This document shows, one piece after another, positions 10,758-25,400 of a DNA stretch of 64,000 nucleotides (positions are counted from its first letter, which is position 1; the number at the start of each line of letters is the position of its first letter). The translations under genes and the position numbers were made by a program. The stretch spans positions 1,288,911 to 1,352,910 of the forward strand of contig NW_002060944.1 in assembly GCF_000150275.1 (NCBI RefSeq), written 5' to 3'. The stretch comes from Trichoplax adhaerens (Eukaryota > Animalia > Placozoa). The notes under the pieces are model-generated. The model was not told where the DNA came from, made no database searches, and saw only the letters and a program-made list of their open reading frames with translations.

Positions 10758-13700
10758 AAAGTAAATAAATGAAAGAAATGCAAATTTGCCAAAATCGTTT
10801 ATGAAATTCGTAAAATTATAAAATAGTCTTCTTAATTACTAAATCTTATTGAATTTGTATTGTGCAGTATTGAGCGCATTCATACGATAAATGCCTAACG
10901 TAACGGAATACCGCATACTGTATCCGTTGTTATGATCTTTCACATGAGTATATAATCAGATATGTTGTATATCACTTCTCAAAGTGCTGCTCTTAACGAA
11001 ATATTTATCATTTATGCAGATCAAGATACTGATAATCTTAAATTTAAAAAAATTTTTTATGCAGTAGTGGTAATAGTTCAATCCTTATTATATCTTGCTA
11101 TCTTTCTCGACTAACATTTTTACAATTGTTAATCATAATATCTGGACATTATTAAATTGGTGATACTATCTATAAAGTATTACTACATTTACGGTCAGAG
11201 TTGATAAGTACTATTATTTACAGCTAATTATTTGTTGAAATATTTGGTGGGTTTATTGCAATTCAGAAGTTGTGTAGCTGAAAGGAAAGTTAATGGCAGA
11301 TTAGAAATTATTTACCGCGGTAGCACGCAGTTAATCTGTGTAGATGATCTTCATTGTGTAATGCAATGAGCTAAAATAAATTGGCTCATTGAATCAGTGC
11401 TAAGTATCGTCAATTGGAAAGCGATGCGTACGCGTATAGAAGAAATCGGATATATCGCAATTACGATTTGTCATAAGATGAACCATGTACGGTTCTAATT
11501 GCAAAGTGAATAGCTGCGGTATAAAATTGTATTTAGCCAAGGAAGCCTTGATATAGCTGCGTTTGCGTAGAATGTTTATTACCGATAATTCGGGGTAAGT
11601 ATACAATAATGCGAGCTGGTTGATCAATCCACTTGGTTCAAGTTAGAATAGGTGTTACATTAATAACGGCTATTAAAGTAACTTGCTGATTTTATAGAGG
11701 CTAATTTTCCAAATCATTAATTCTACAAATAGCTGCGATCGCTTTCAGCTATTGGGATAATTTCCGATATTTTACGAAGTAACTAAAATTATTCTTTCAT
11801 CAATTATTATACCTCTATTTCAGTGCAAGGGTAAATATTTATCTAGGAGCCGAAATTAATTCATTCATAGTGCCATAGTACGTATTCAATTTATTCCCGT
11901 TCTATATAACAGTTAAAGGGACATAGAACATTAAAGAAATTGTTAAAGGTGAAGCTAGAATAATTACTCTATGCCGGGTAAATTTCTTTATTTTATTACT
12001 GTATCTTCCAGACTACTCTATGTATTGTCAGTAGTGGATAGACTTTGAATACAAAGTTATTCGTAAAATTTAATTGATGCTTTTCTATATGACCTTATTC
12101 ATTGTAATCTATCGTAATACATTATTTGTACCGATGTACGTACTTTATAAAATGGATATTATAGATTTACTGATTCAGAAAGGATACTTAGGTCATTGTT
12201 CATACAAGATTTTTAGTTACGCCTACTTTCTTTTTCAGTTTAGCAGGACAGTGGTGTATTTTGTAGAGAACTAATATGGCGCCCGCTTTACCAACTAAAT
12301 AGAATGTATAGCAGATAATAAGAAAGATTATTTTGATATTGAATGAAACAGTAGATTTTTGCCTTCACTTTACTGTATTAACTGGTAATAAATTTCAGCT
12401 TTAATAAAAGTTCACGATATTTGGGTTGCATGGTAAGAAATTTATCTTCTCTATATACTGGATAAACATTTTTAGTCAATATAGCTGTATTTACAAATAA
12501 ATTATTTAAAAGACAAAGGGGAAGAGGCTAAATTATTTATCATATATTTGACAAGGACGATATATTTTTATTCTTTTTTTTGGACTTGTTGATGAACTGA
12601 TGCTATTTTAATGCTTTCATATCTTTATATATTAGTAATTATTTTTCTATATCATTGATCGATAATTGCGTGGTAAGTTTTAATATTTTATCACACGACG
12701 TTAGTGTTTATCAGAAGGGTGCAAAATTATTCCTTATGAGATACTATGTAACAATTATAGTCGCATTGTTGTGATATCTTATGCCTTGGATTTACCTATC
12801 CTTTAAACTACGTTTGCTCACGCCTTACAGTTGTCTCTAAAGCCTTTAGCGTAGATTAAATTATCTATGAAATTAGGAAGGGTTCTATGATATGATATCG
12901 GTGTCAGGGCATTTTTATAGCTTGTAGAATTATTATATTGTATAGTAGAATTTCGTATTGAAAGTTCTTCACCAGTACTTCTAAGAAGGTAATATTGCAA
13001 AGACGGTTTGATATTGAAAAGCAAAGACTACTTAAAGGACTAGTCATGAAATAGATCAGGTAAAGATCGCCTTATATGTGCAGCAGATAATTTGGTATCG
13101 TATAAATTTTAGTACGGCAGTATCACGAAAATCTACTTTACACTCTTCAGAGGTTTTACAGTAATTTACATTTTATGAGGGAATCCTTGCCCGTAATTTT
13201 ATGAACGCCGTAATATGCTCAATATACAAATAGTTACTTTATTTAAGTGATTTCATTTATTTACAAAGCCTGTCGATATTTGCAATGGTAAAGATAGATT
13301 ACTTAATTGACGTCAGTATTTCTTATATCATGTTATGAATCATAATACGCTTGTGTAACGCTTAATAATAGTCAATTTTTGACGGCCATGACAAGTCATA
13401 ATATCAGAGCTTAAAAACACTGCGGCAGATAATTTTGATTGAAATTATCCTGTCTTGCGTAACTTGAAATTATTTTGCTACAAATATCACGAAAATCAAC
13501 TAAGTTATGAGATGGCATTATTAAATTAGAGGTACACACTGTGCCTTTTCTTTATTCAATATATATCCTTAGTATAAATCTTAGTGATGGTTACAACAAG
13601 CACATTTCTTGCAAATTAAAACTGATCTACAACAAAAAATTATCAGGAATTGCGAGCTTACTATCTACATGTGTTTTCATACAGTCATTACTATACTGAG

Positions 13701-16700
13701 TTTCTGAGATTTACCTGGTTATAGTAGGCTGGCAAGAAATAGTACGGTATTTTGCGATCTTAGAGATTAGAGTACTCACTTCTGAGATCGTATCATCTAA
13801 TAATTCAATTACGTCAATTAGATGTCAATTGCCTGCCTTTATACAGCACGATAAGTAAGAACTACTATATTGAGTGACTCAATTGGCACACAGAGTGAAA
13901 AAAGTGATAATCTAAATTATTAAAGGATTTTTGTTAAAGCGCCTTATACCAAGATCTTCGACAGGATTTTTTGTAAATAAGGCTAAGTTAGCAATAATCA
14001 CATATGTAATCTTGCAAGTTCGAAAATACTGTACAAGTATAAAGTACGTGGAATTACTGAAAAGTGTTCTAAAATATGTATTCTGATACTACTAACAAGG
14101 GGGCAGTAAACGGCTATCGAGCATGACCAATTTCTGAAGAAGTGTTTTCAATTTATTCCAATGGCTTGTGTATTGCAGAAAGATTAGAATATAGAACTGT
14201 AAGTAATTATCTATACCGGTAGTTTAGCGATGCATTGCATGTTTCATCGCGGCATCTGTCTATATCACATCGTTTTAATCTACAGTATTTATTTTTGAAC
14301 ATCTAACAGAATGCATTTACAATACGGAAAAATTTATTACTTTAATGTAGAAATGAAATTAAAAATTGCCTGCTATACGAACACAACCAGTTACAGTATA
14401 ATTTATCGATGCATGTGTGGAAAATATTGTAAAGTAGGAAAATATTGCTAGCGATTAATCAAATTAAGGCAGTATGGAAGCGATTTGTAGAAATTTAGTG
14501 CTGTGTACATGGTGAATAATCATAATACATCACATCTATTTAGTTTACTTTTATTGCAGCGTAAAGATTTAGAGTAGCAAAGTATGCGTATATCGAAAAG
14601 AATCCTTAGGAATAAAAGGATCCTTATTTAGAACACGTTAATTAATATAATTATTTGGTATTAATCAGAAAATTCTATTACATTTTCTAATTCAATATCT
14701 TCTTTTGAGGAAATAATGATTAGATATGACGATCATGTGTTCTAACACTAACCAGTGGCAAGAAATTCTTAGCTGCTATTGATTGAACTAATCAGCTCTA
14801 GATGCACTTTGCCGCTAATAGTAAACGAAAAGACATTAATGCTTTCGTGGTAAAATATTTTGTTCTATACATACAATTGATTATAATTATAATTATTTCT
14901 CTGAATTTCTTCCATCTAATAATTCAGGATACTCGAATAAAAACAAGCCATGACGAACTTAGTGATAAAATGTAGCGTTTAGTCATCTATTTACTTTTGT
15001 AAAACCTTGAATATCGTCTGTGCTTCCTAATTTTATCAGGGGTAAAAAGTTTATGAGTTAAATAATCTATTGCAGTGTAAATTTAATAAAGAAATTTAGA
15101 GCACTAAGTAAGCAAATCTAATAATGGATTATGGAATCAGTATCTGTTTACGAATTCTATTACGTAGTTCCTAATTCCACCTAGTAATTAGAGTTCTTAG
15201 TGCCACAGGTATAATTGCATTTCTTAGATTACATGTAACATTTTTACTATCTTTATAGTTATATTAGTAGATAATATCCGCATTAATGATATCAAGATGG
15301 GGTTATAGCGGAGGTAGCCGAACCCGTACACCCAGCTGTGCACTATCAATATATTAGGTAATATCCGCATTAATAATATCAAGATAGAATTATATAGATA
15401 AAACGTATAAAACCCTAACTATAATTAGCTTATATTTATTTTTAAATTTTAATATCCATCAAAATTTCAAGTATTTAGCAGTATTGTAGATAAAGATGCT
15501 TATGAAGACGACAGATGTGGAGAATAATTATCTTTTATTGATTGCAGTTGTTATCAATATACATTATTAAATCTGATCATGGCTTTTGTAAATATTTCAT
15601 TTTAGAAAATTAATAGAAATAATTGATGTCGTCGAACGAAAGATATCATATAGATGTTATGGCATTCGTAATTTTGATTAAAATTTAAGTATAGATGAAT
15701 CAAGCAAATCTTTCAGATTCTGCGTCAGCAAGTTATGCTGCTGATTTTGATCTATCTAAAAAATAAATGAATTCTACCCGTAATTTATATTATTATTTCA
15801 GTTATTTCCTTCATCATAGATTAGAAAGAAACTTGATGGCCGATATAGTGCTTTAAAACAGTAATTGGATGATTAGGAAGTACTGCAATAATACACAGGA
15901 CAGATATGAAAGAAACATGACAATAATTAAAGAGATTAATATAAAGAAGTGAGTAACTGATGACTTTTAACATACAAAACATATAGTAAGGATAGATGAT
16001 AATAAATAAGGGACTAAAGCTGCAATATTAGTGATTGATATCCTCTAATGCCTCTTGTCCGCATATTGCACTAACCACAAGCAATTATTAAAATGAAGAC
16101 GTATTAAATGAATTAGACAAGTACCATAATTAGTGCTAATTGAAACTGTAAAATTTTTGAATTCTACAGCAGTTTTTCACTGAAGTCTTTAATAATTTTG
16201 TTTGAGCTTCAAAATAATATCCTAAAGGGAAATATTAAATCAAATTGCTTTATAGAATGGTCTTTTACCTTCCTTACGAAACCCGAAATTAGTAAGACCA
16301 TCAGATAATATTTGAAGCCTTGGAACCCCCCCCCTCCGTTCTTAGCATTTTTGAAGATGTAACTATGCTACATTCTAATGAAAGTAATTGCTCCCTGAGG
16401 CGTCTAAATCAAATCAAAATCTGTTGTGTACGGTAATTCATTAATTTAAAGTTAAAAGAACTCCTCGGCTACTAAAATGTGATTAAGAAGAAGTTGGCAC
16501 TTTACTGCGTTTACTGACTTTGATACTATAATTAGTAAGGCTCTTTTAAAGCTGTTTCATGAAATTTGCTCGTATATTAAGATAGGCTGACAGCACATTA
16601 CTTTCATACTAAAGATAAGCTATTTTGTCTGAACTTAATTTTATAACAATTGACCGATGCTTCATGTTACGTAAATTGCTTTGTCTAGCATTTTATTTAT

Positions 16701-17093
16701 CGGATTTTGTTTACGGCTACCAAATGCCTGTATTAACCATTCACGTCATCTAACTTTTCTGGTGATCAACTTCCAAGACAGAATCATTCGAAAATTTTTT
16801 AACAAGCAATGTGGTATTTATCTATACAGTATACATATAACTATTTTCCCTAGAGGGATTAAAGCCAAATCAAAAGATAAAGTGATAGGCATTGCATAAC
16901 GCAATATCTTGATTGTGTAGTTGTTTATGTAATCATAGGACACCAGTATAAATAAAGAAATTTGAATATTTATCTGTATTTTCAAATTTTGCATTATTGA
17001 TTATAATGGATATTGACCGAAATTGCTGGTCATTCCCGGGATTGGCCGTAACAGATATATTTAAATATTCCTCCCATTTTTTATATTACTGTG

Positions 17094-17648
17094 TGTAATG
17101 TAACTAGTATTGTGATTGTAGACTATTAGCCATGTTTAGTATAATGTACGGTAGATATTTATCCTAAGAGATATTTGGTAGCTATAACTATAGACTGTAG
17201 TGGTAGAGACTCTATGCTAGAGTACAGATGACTATATAAAGTAAGGTGTTGAGTTACTAATAAGGTTATAGGTAAAAATAGAACTGTAAATCATATATTA
17301 GGATATGGTTAATTCATTGTACTTTGGCTGGTGTGAATAATGTCTACGTAAGTACTGTAGTAGTCGTACCCATATTGGATTAATGATGGTCCGCAATAGA
17401 ATAGTCTTACTAAGAATAATTTAACTATGTGTAAAATAAGGTAAAAGGTTGCCATGCATATTGTAGCTACGAATGCTACGGAAAATATAAAAGCATGCAA
17501 CTTTAGATTATGCTGTTAGTTTGTTCTAGAAGTCTTTAGTAGTAGTATTCGGCTAGAGTAGAGCTGTGTGTAGTTAATCTTTGTATAAAATTCAATAAAG
17601 CCCTTATTTTTCTAAAAATTTGGAATCTCGTGATTGGTATATATCACA
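17094..17648 (+). mobile_element. Solo LTR (555 bp), family B
   Basis: TGT...ACA termini (tgtaat / atcaca). Perfect 5-bp TSD CTGTG at 17089-17093 and 17649-17653. Internal TATA (ctatataaag ~17232) and AATAAA (~17594). No adjacent internal domain. Confidence 0.75.
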
Positions 17649-18970
17649 CTGTGTTATAAAGTATTAAACTAACGGGAAAGATTGAAATATTTCCAAGTTA
17701 TAGAACTCCTAAGCTATTTATTTTGTTATCATAAAATTTAAATCAGTTTGCCAATGGACTTGAAGAAAGTATTTGAAAGTTTCTTTCCGGTGTTCCTTTC
17801 GTATTTTGTTGTTACTTATTGAATTATTTCTTTAATGGGATGTAATCCATTGATTTCGATTACTAAGACTGTTTCTTATAACATATATAGAATTACAAGA
17901 TCAGAAATTTGCAAAAATTTGTTCATTTTGAAACGTAAAAATACCAATACATTGCTATGATTTCTATCGAGCTTAGCATCTTGCTACTACGAGTAGATAA
18001 ACAGCTTTTACAATATAAGCAGCAACTTTCACGGTCTCATTTATGATTATTTAACTCTAATGAGATAAACTGCTTCTAATGTTCGTCGTCTTAATATAAA
18101 AATAAAGAAATATATTATTTTATTTTTATTTTTTCTCGGTTAACTCACTTTGTTATATTTATCAGGATCTATAATTGTTAAACTATCTTATTTTCACGAT
18201 ACCTCTACTTATCAGATTTTAAAAGTTGAATAATATTAAGTCCATTGTTCTGATGAAGCAAAACTGTATGACTGTTATATAATCCTCATTTAAGGATATT
18301 ACCTTGATAGCTTAATGGTATGACATATTACTTGCTTTCAGTTTTCATAAATTCTATATGAAAATATAATAAATATTCATTCGAGTGAAGATATACTTTC
18401 TTCCATTATTCAATTCTGATTGTAACGGTATTACTTTGATAGTTTCAGCTTTGCATAAATCCTACTTTGCAAGTAATACTTAACTGCGTACGAAATGTGT
18501 CAAGGATTAGCAATATCTAGGCGATAATATCCTTGTGATTGGTGACATAATAAGCTACGGTATGATAACTTTTATTAACCTATCATATCAAACTATCACG
18601 CACATGGTACAATGTACCGGAGATACGATACAGATCATAGTAAAATTAGACGCAATATAGCGCTTGCTGTATAATAATTTCATATAAACCGAAATTAGAG
18701 AACAGGGATTAAACTAGCTCGTTTTGATTACGATATCCTGCGCTATGCTATCACTAATTACTTATGATCGTGATGGAAATTTATTGAAATAGTATTTCAG
18801 TGACGGCATCTCTACTTATGTAATCAAACATAAATTTTTAGCGCATTTGCAATAATCTGCAGATGGAAAGGTGCTAATACCTAAATGCTTACTCCTGCGC
18901 AACTATTTTATTGATATAGATTTAAGAAAGAAATATTAGTTAATAGAATATCGATAGCAATTTTTCTTAA

Positions 18971-19404
18971 TGTCACGGTACGAACTACCGTGAAGAAATA
19001 GCTATCTAAATTTGGTTAATATAATATAGTGATATTATATTACAACTAGTTACTTACTATAGGAATTACTCTAATTATAAATGTGTTACAGTAAATTTAA
19101 TGCTGTGCTGTAATGTGCACTGAAGTGATTCTGTGAATGGGCATATTGTAGTCCGACTGTGAAAAACTAGTTATCTCACCTATGCATTTTTATAAGATGA
19201 CTTGTGAATGTTAGCTACTGTAGAAGGGTATATAAGCCCGTCAGATAGTTGAATAAAGTAGTTCTCAATTGCCTAGTTGAGTTTAACGTAGAATCAAAGG
19301 CGTCTAAATTCTTGTGAGGTAATTAAGGGATACTGAATCCCGGAGAATATAGTAATTTAGAGATTTGTTTTACGTTATCCTTGTCACGAAGCTGGTTTGT
19401 GACA
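18971..19404 (+). mobile_element. Solo LTR (434 bp), family A copy 1
   Basis: TGTCAC...GTGACA termini. TSD CTTAA at 18966-18970 and 19405-19409. TATA (gtatataagc) followed by AATAAA. Aligns over its full length with the reverse complement of 37319-37758. Confidence 0.9.
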
Positions 19405-22400
19405 CTTAAGAACAAGTAATAGTTACAGAAACAGACGAAGAAATATGCGAAAGTAATGTGTTATATAGGAGGTTGCTTAAATTTACGTAAAAGATAGATT
19501 ACTAAACAATGTCAGTTTTCAGAATGCACTTAATAGCAAATCTTATNTTCTATTCATTATTTTTGCCAATTATTGATGTTTATTGGATTAAGTATACCAG
19601 AAAAACAAAAATATATTACATAAAATCGAAAAAAAGTTTGAAATTACAACCTACAGTAATCTTGTTTAGTTCTGATGTTATTTTTGTGTATAAAAATACG
19701 TACACAAATATGCCTATCTAATCAAATAATTAATTATTATTCTTTACTATATCTCTTAAATAATTTAATCACTAAAAGATAGAAATTCAGCTAATAAGAA
19801 CAACCATCACAAGTTAAAGCAATAAGTAAGAATAATCAAGACTCAGAATGGCCTCATTGCTTCTGCAGCAATATTAAGCCATTCAGTATAGATATATTAA
19901 ATAAGTTTAAAGTGAGATTCTTGTATGCTTAGCTACTCTAAATATACGTTATTTTCTATTTCTTGACTCAACAGTTTCATTCACTCCTGATTTGAAATCC
20001 AAAATTCAATTTAAAAATTGAATGGATATCTCCTTTTGCATCGAGCAAATGGAATTATAAAATTTGCAAAATGATTATTATTGCTAAATAGTTAATGATC
20101 ACAGAATTTAATGCCACACTTTAGGAGCGTAGCTACAACGTCTATTCGTGATATATGTATATGATATAAATTACACATTCTCTGACAACCAGATAGCAAC
20201 ATAGCTAAAATATTTATGTGATGACCTAAAAGTTCCAAGAATATGCTTAAGAATACTCCTTAATATCTTATCTATTCCATGATAGCCTCATAATGGAAAT
20301 AATCAAAGAGCAAATAGGCCTAGATAAAAGATCGCATTAATGCGATAAAATAAACTTAGAAGGGACAAAAGTTACTATCGAATATAAGGGAGTGATTAAA
20401 ATTACTGTACTTTATTTTTTAATGATAATAATGTGTAAAGTTAGGCCAAGAAAAAATATAAGCCTTGCTATTCTACCATCTTATAACATGGAAACGAATT
20501 ATAAATCATATTGAATAATAATGTTGACATGTAAACGGTTGCATTAATACATTTGTATCTAATCTATCAATTTTGATATTGTTAAAGTCTAAACACCTGC
20601 TCTTGCTGACATTAAATCGATCAATATCAGCTTAGTCAATAATGATCCAAGTACTTTTTGTCATTGTCAATTAAAATTAGACCAATAATACTATCTCCGC
20701 CTATTTCAGTAGCTACTTCCCGTCATCTGGTATCAATAGATATAAACTACAGACAATCTGTCTACACTCATTAAACTTAAAAAAATTTATAAAGTCTATC
20801 TAATTGATTGGCATTATTAAACATTAACGTCAAAATGTCAACTTGTTAATGATGCATCTTCATTGATGATGTTCAATGTCATTGTTGAGGGTATTGGACT
20901 ATAATAAATAAAATAAAATAATTTACCCCTTTAGTGCCATCCCTTTTTGTTACGCAATACTAAGTTAGTTGACTAAAAAAGATTATTGTTCGTTTGTTAG
21001 CTAAGGTGTTTTTTATTGAATTCTTAGCCGAGAAGGTCATTACCAACATTTCAGCTAAATCGTTTTGGCGTTTCGTCAAGGATTGATAGATTTCTTGTTA
21101 TTAGAAATTATTGCTTACGCCGTACAAGTGCGATTTTCTCTATTATCCAATATATAATTTCATCATAGAAGGCGTCTATATCCACTCTTCTTTAACCAGA
21201 AAAATCCTATTTAAGAATATTTTATAACTCATCGTCATTTGTATATCATTTATTTCTTGGCTTAATTATACTTGTAAAATTTCACCGTTTCTCTCCGTCG
21301 GATGTCTTTAAAGTTAAATTTTATCTCTCTGCAAGTAACTTTTTGAAATTAATACCATCTATAGCAATGGCTAGTATTTAAACTAATATCGATTCCGAAT
21401 AATTTTATTCTTGAAAAATTTTAACTCAGCGATTATTATCATCCTACGTCAAAGCAATTTATTTTAAGCCAAAATAAATCATAAACTGTAGATTTTTCTC
21501 ATTAATCCAGCGCATTGAAAATTTTATAGGGTAAGCCTTGAAAATCAAATCTATGCCCTTGTTAGTAGTTCAATATTTATAGCCCCAAGGAGGTGCTCTT
21601 TTCTTGATCTATCGCTGGCGAGATTAATTTATTTTATTTTAGACGTGGATTGTAACTGACCGATCGGTAATAATATTCAAATTTCATGTATTTTTAACAG
21701 TTGCATATTGGTATAATTGATCAGGTATTGCGGCATTTTATTCCGCATCGGGCAGTCTTTTTCACGTAGCTATAGCTTTCATCGTAGTTGTAAACCTTAC
21801 ATTTAGACTTAGTTGTAGTAAAGCTGATGAATTATTATTTAAAAACCTATCTAGGAAGGAGAAGCGTGAGAAGGTAATAGCTAAACTTTCTGGCTCAAAT
21901 TAAGATTAAAAACTCATGACCAGAGGTATGTAAAAAATTTAACCCTGATGTAATAGCTTGCAGACATGCGATATAAAATGGCGTTAATAGTACATTAAAT
22001 TGCTGGAATAAAAATCCGGTAATTTGATTTCTATAGTACGATTGAGGTGAATCTAGTAAAATATAAAACATTCTTATTCCTAGTAATAGAGTGCTTTAGA
22101 CAGCGAGTTATATACGCCAATAATATTAGCAGGTTAGTATTAGTATGCATTTTTAGACCAGGGGATAATGTAACTGTCGTAATTAATTTAAGCAATAACG
22201 ACCAGTAGTTAATATATAATAAATAATAAGAACATTTAGTTCTGAAATTAGCAATTATAGCAATTAGTAAGTTATCGTAATTGATTTAAATAACTGAAAT
22301 GGTGGAAAACTCAAAATGATAGGATGTATAAAGTTGATACCATTTGACTTTAGTCGTTATCACAAAGGCTGAAGTTTATCAGAACTAAATATAAGGATCA

Positions 22401-25400
22401 TATAAAGTACAAAAGAGGATGATTATGAATTAAAGTATAAAAAAATAGTTAATGAACTCAATCAAGATGAACCCAGTTTAAATGTGTACCCTTACGGGCG
22501 GAACAGTATTTTTATTTTCTTTAATTAATCATCGGATGCAGATTACTGGTCATTGCAAGAGTGCACGGAATGTCAGAGCTATTTTTCTATTCTTAATAGA
22601 GTAGAACTCCGAACGTAGAGTTTTCTTCATTAGCGTACATTTCATATCATAATTAAAATCGAAACTTAGGGGATAATATAAAGTTCTTTATCGCGTATTT
22701 CTGATTACTTTATTAGAATGAAATCGTATGATTTAATCTTCATGATGGAAATGTTATCACAGAGATTCAGTGGTTGAGCTAAAATATTAGACATGAACTT
22801 GTTGAATATAAACTTACAGAGTAGTACAGCTTCAAATTGCTTGCGGTTTATGAGATGAGTTAATAAACTTCCGATATAACACATTAGGGAGTTTTTTACC
22901 AATCTAGTTTTCACGGTAAAAGGAGCATTTGACTTTCTCTAAGCGCTTCAATTTTGGAGAAAATTTTTGACAATGAACATATAGAAATGGGGAATAAATT
23001 AAGGGATTTCCGCAAATTTAATATATTTTGACATAGTTTAGAAATTGTTCTTGCTGCTACTTTTAATTATAGAAGATAGAAATAGAATCTAGGTAGTGAT
23101 AATATCGTTTAGTTTCGAACTGTCGGAGGAACAAAGTTTCTCCGTAATTATTCTTCAAATGCGCAGCAGAAATCTTCTCAATAGGAGGCGAATCGATTTT
23201 ACATAGCGTAGCAAAAATATATAAACTAGACCATTTAATGTAAGAGATCCCTCAGCTGTGTCTAAACCTATGAATATTATAGTATTTGATAAATAAAAAG
23301 TTAACTTTATATCATGTTAAACGCCGCATCAGTATATCGTAGCATGAAAGATAGAGCATGGTGGAAGAATCACTGTATATCATCTATAAAATATTACCAA
23401 GGCGATTTAGTAGAAGCTTGGATTTGGTGTACAAGTATAAATTCCGCAGTTTGGACATTTAGCTCAGTTATATTTCAGAATGAAATGAAAGTAAACTGCT
23501 AACCCTGTAATTTGGGCTGATATCACGGTTATCAGCCGAATTTTATTAGCATAAGTTTCTAGATCGGGACATAAAGAAAAATAAACGATATGCGCATAAG
23601 TAAATCATTTACCGTATTAGATGTTAGTATCAAATCATAGAAATTTTGAAAAAAGTAAGCATTTAGGTCTAATGTGAAAATAACGTAATTTTACATTTTT
23701 GGAAAGTTAGTGAAATTTAATTTGATAAACTTTTACAAAATATTATCGAAGCTAGATTTTAATCACTCTGATAAATTTCCCTGAGAATGAAAAACTATGG
23801 TGCTAAACTTAAAATTAATTTCTTTGATCCCTATTTCACCTTCCGAAAAGTAAGCGTTCTCGAGATTGTATACAGATGCGAAGCGATACTGATTGCTTAC
23901 TTAAGCTTGCTTGAACTTTTTCCGTAGCTAAATCGTGATCTCTTTAAATTGAATAATTTAAATATACGTCGCGTTTTGCTGCTGTGATATTTTCGATAGT
24001 TGAATTTTTCATTCTACTAAGGTAGTTTAATTTATTACAGTAATAAAATACGTAGGATAAGCCATCATTGATACGATTGGTTTTAAATTCTTAAATAAGA
24101 AAATTAATTATTTTAGTTACGTTTATAGGAGAACAATTGATTATTCAACGAGGATTTCCCCTAGTTCCACATTAAAATTTACGCGCTTTAAGCAGGGTTT
24201 AAGAATGTTAGCCAATTTTTTCCCGTTTATGATATGCGATCACGTATATTTAACTGATGTAAAACTCTATCGCGAAATCCATGATCAGCTAATCAATTTA
24301 TCATTGAAGGCCACAGTTTACCCATTTGTTAGTCATCTCCTTATAGATATATGAATATTATGATATACCTTTAGAATCCACACTCGCTATACTTTGCATA
24401 CTGCGTGCACTTGCACTTTTTACTTACATTTTTGTCTAAAGATTGTCGTCACGAGATTCTTTTAGACAAACTTTAATATTTAAAGATATCAGTTACGTAT
24501 ATCCCAGCAGTAAATCCATAATAACATTAAAGAAATATAAACCTACACAATGCATCATGTCTGAAATGAAAAGATTGATTAAGTTGCATCAAAGTTAATC
24601 ATTTCATGTGTTAAATTCTATAGCCAGGATTGCTAATAAGACGGTTATGAGGTGGTATCCTGACTTTCACATTTTACTATTAATTGTGAGTAAGCTGTAG
24701 TCGTACTTCATTATTAATTGGTATCTGGACATGGTTTTTGAAGCTAAAAATTTTAGCCTAAACGATTACCACTACGCCAAGAATTGCAACTGCTAGCAAT
24801 TTTCGGTCTAGTCATAATTAAGTATTTCTCTTAGAAAGTCTAAAAATTGTATAGTTTATTGCCTAACTTCAGATGAACTGCAATATAGACACCATGAGTG
24901 GAAAATATAAATGCCTTAAGAGAGTAGTAAGTAAATTTAAAATTGCTACAATACCAATATTTCATCAGGATAATTAATGAAGCTCACGAAGGGGCTTCGG
25001 TAAGAATACGAGTAAATAGTATGCTGCATCCTATCAACTGCCATTACTTAATTTTTGCAATTAATTAAAGTCTTTAATTAAATTAGCCTTAATTGGTATT
25101 TTAATAACTCTATAGTATGTTAATTCTCGGCTAGTTCTGCCGTATGAGAGGACAGGTTTACTCATCTGGCCATACTTAAATTATAATATTACATAATACT
25201 CTTATTGTTAAAGTTGCGTGGTTGAAGATGTGGATAAGGAATAAAATTCTTCAAAATTTACGTAAAATTTCCTATCATTTAATGCACATAGGAATTTACT
25301 GTTGTATTTATGACTTGATACGTGATGTTCCCTAGATTGGACAAAGGTACAATTAATTAATAAACGATACCGCAAACATGAAAAAAGTATTTATGTATGG

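Noticed and set aside
15272-15385. CRISPR-like repeat-spacer-repeat
   Set aside because: Only two repeats, eukaryotic context, no cas genes.
19547-19547. Ambiguous base n
   Set aside because: Assembly artefact with no biological meaning.
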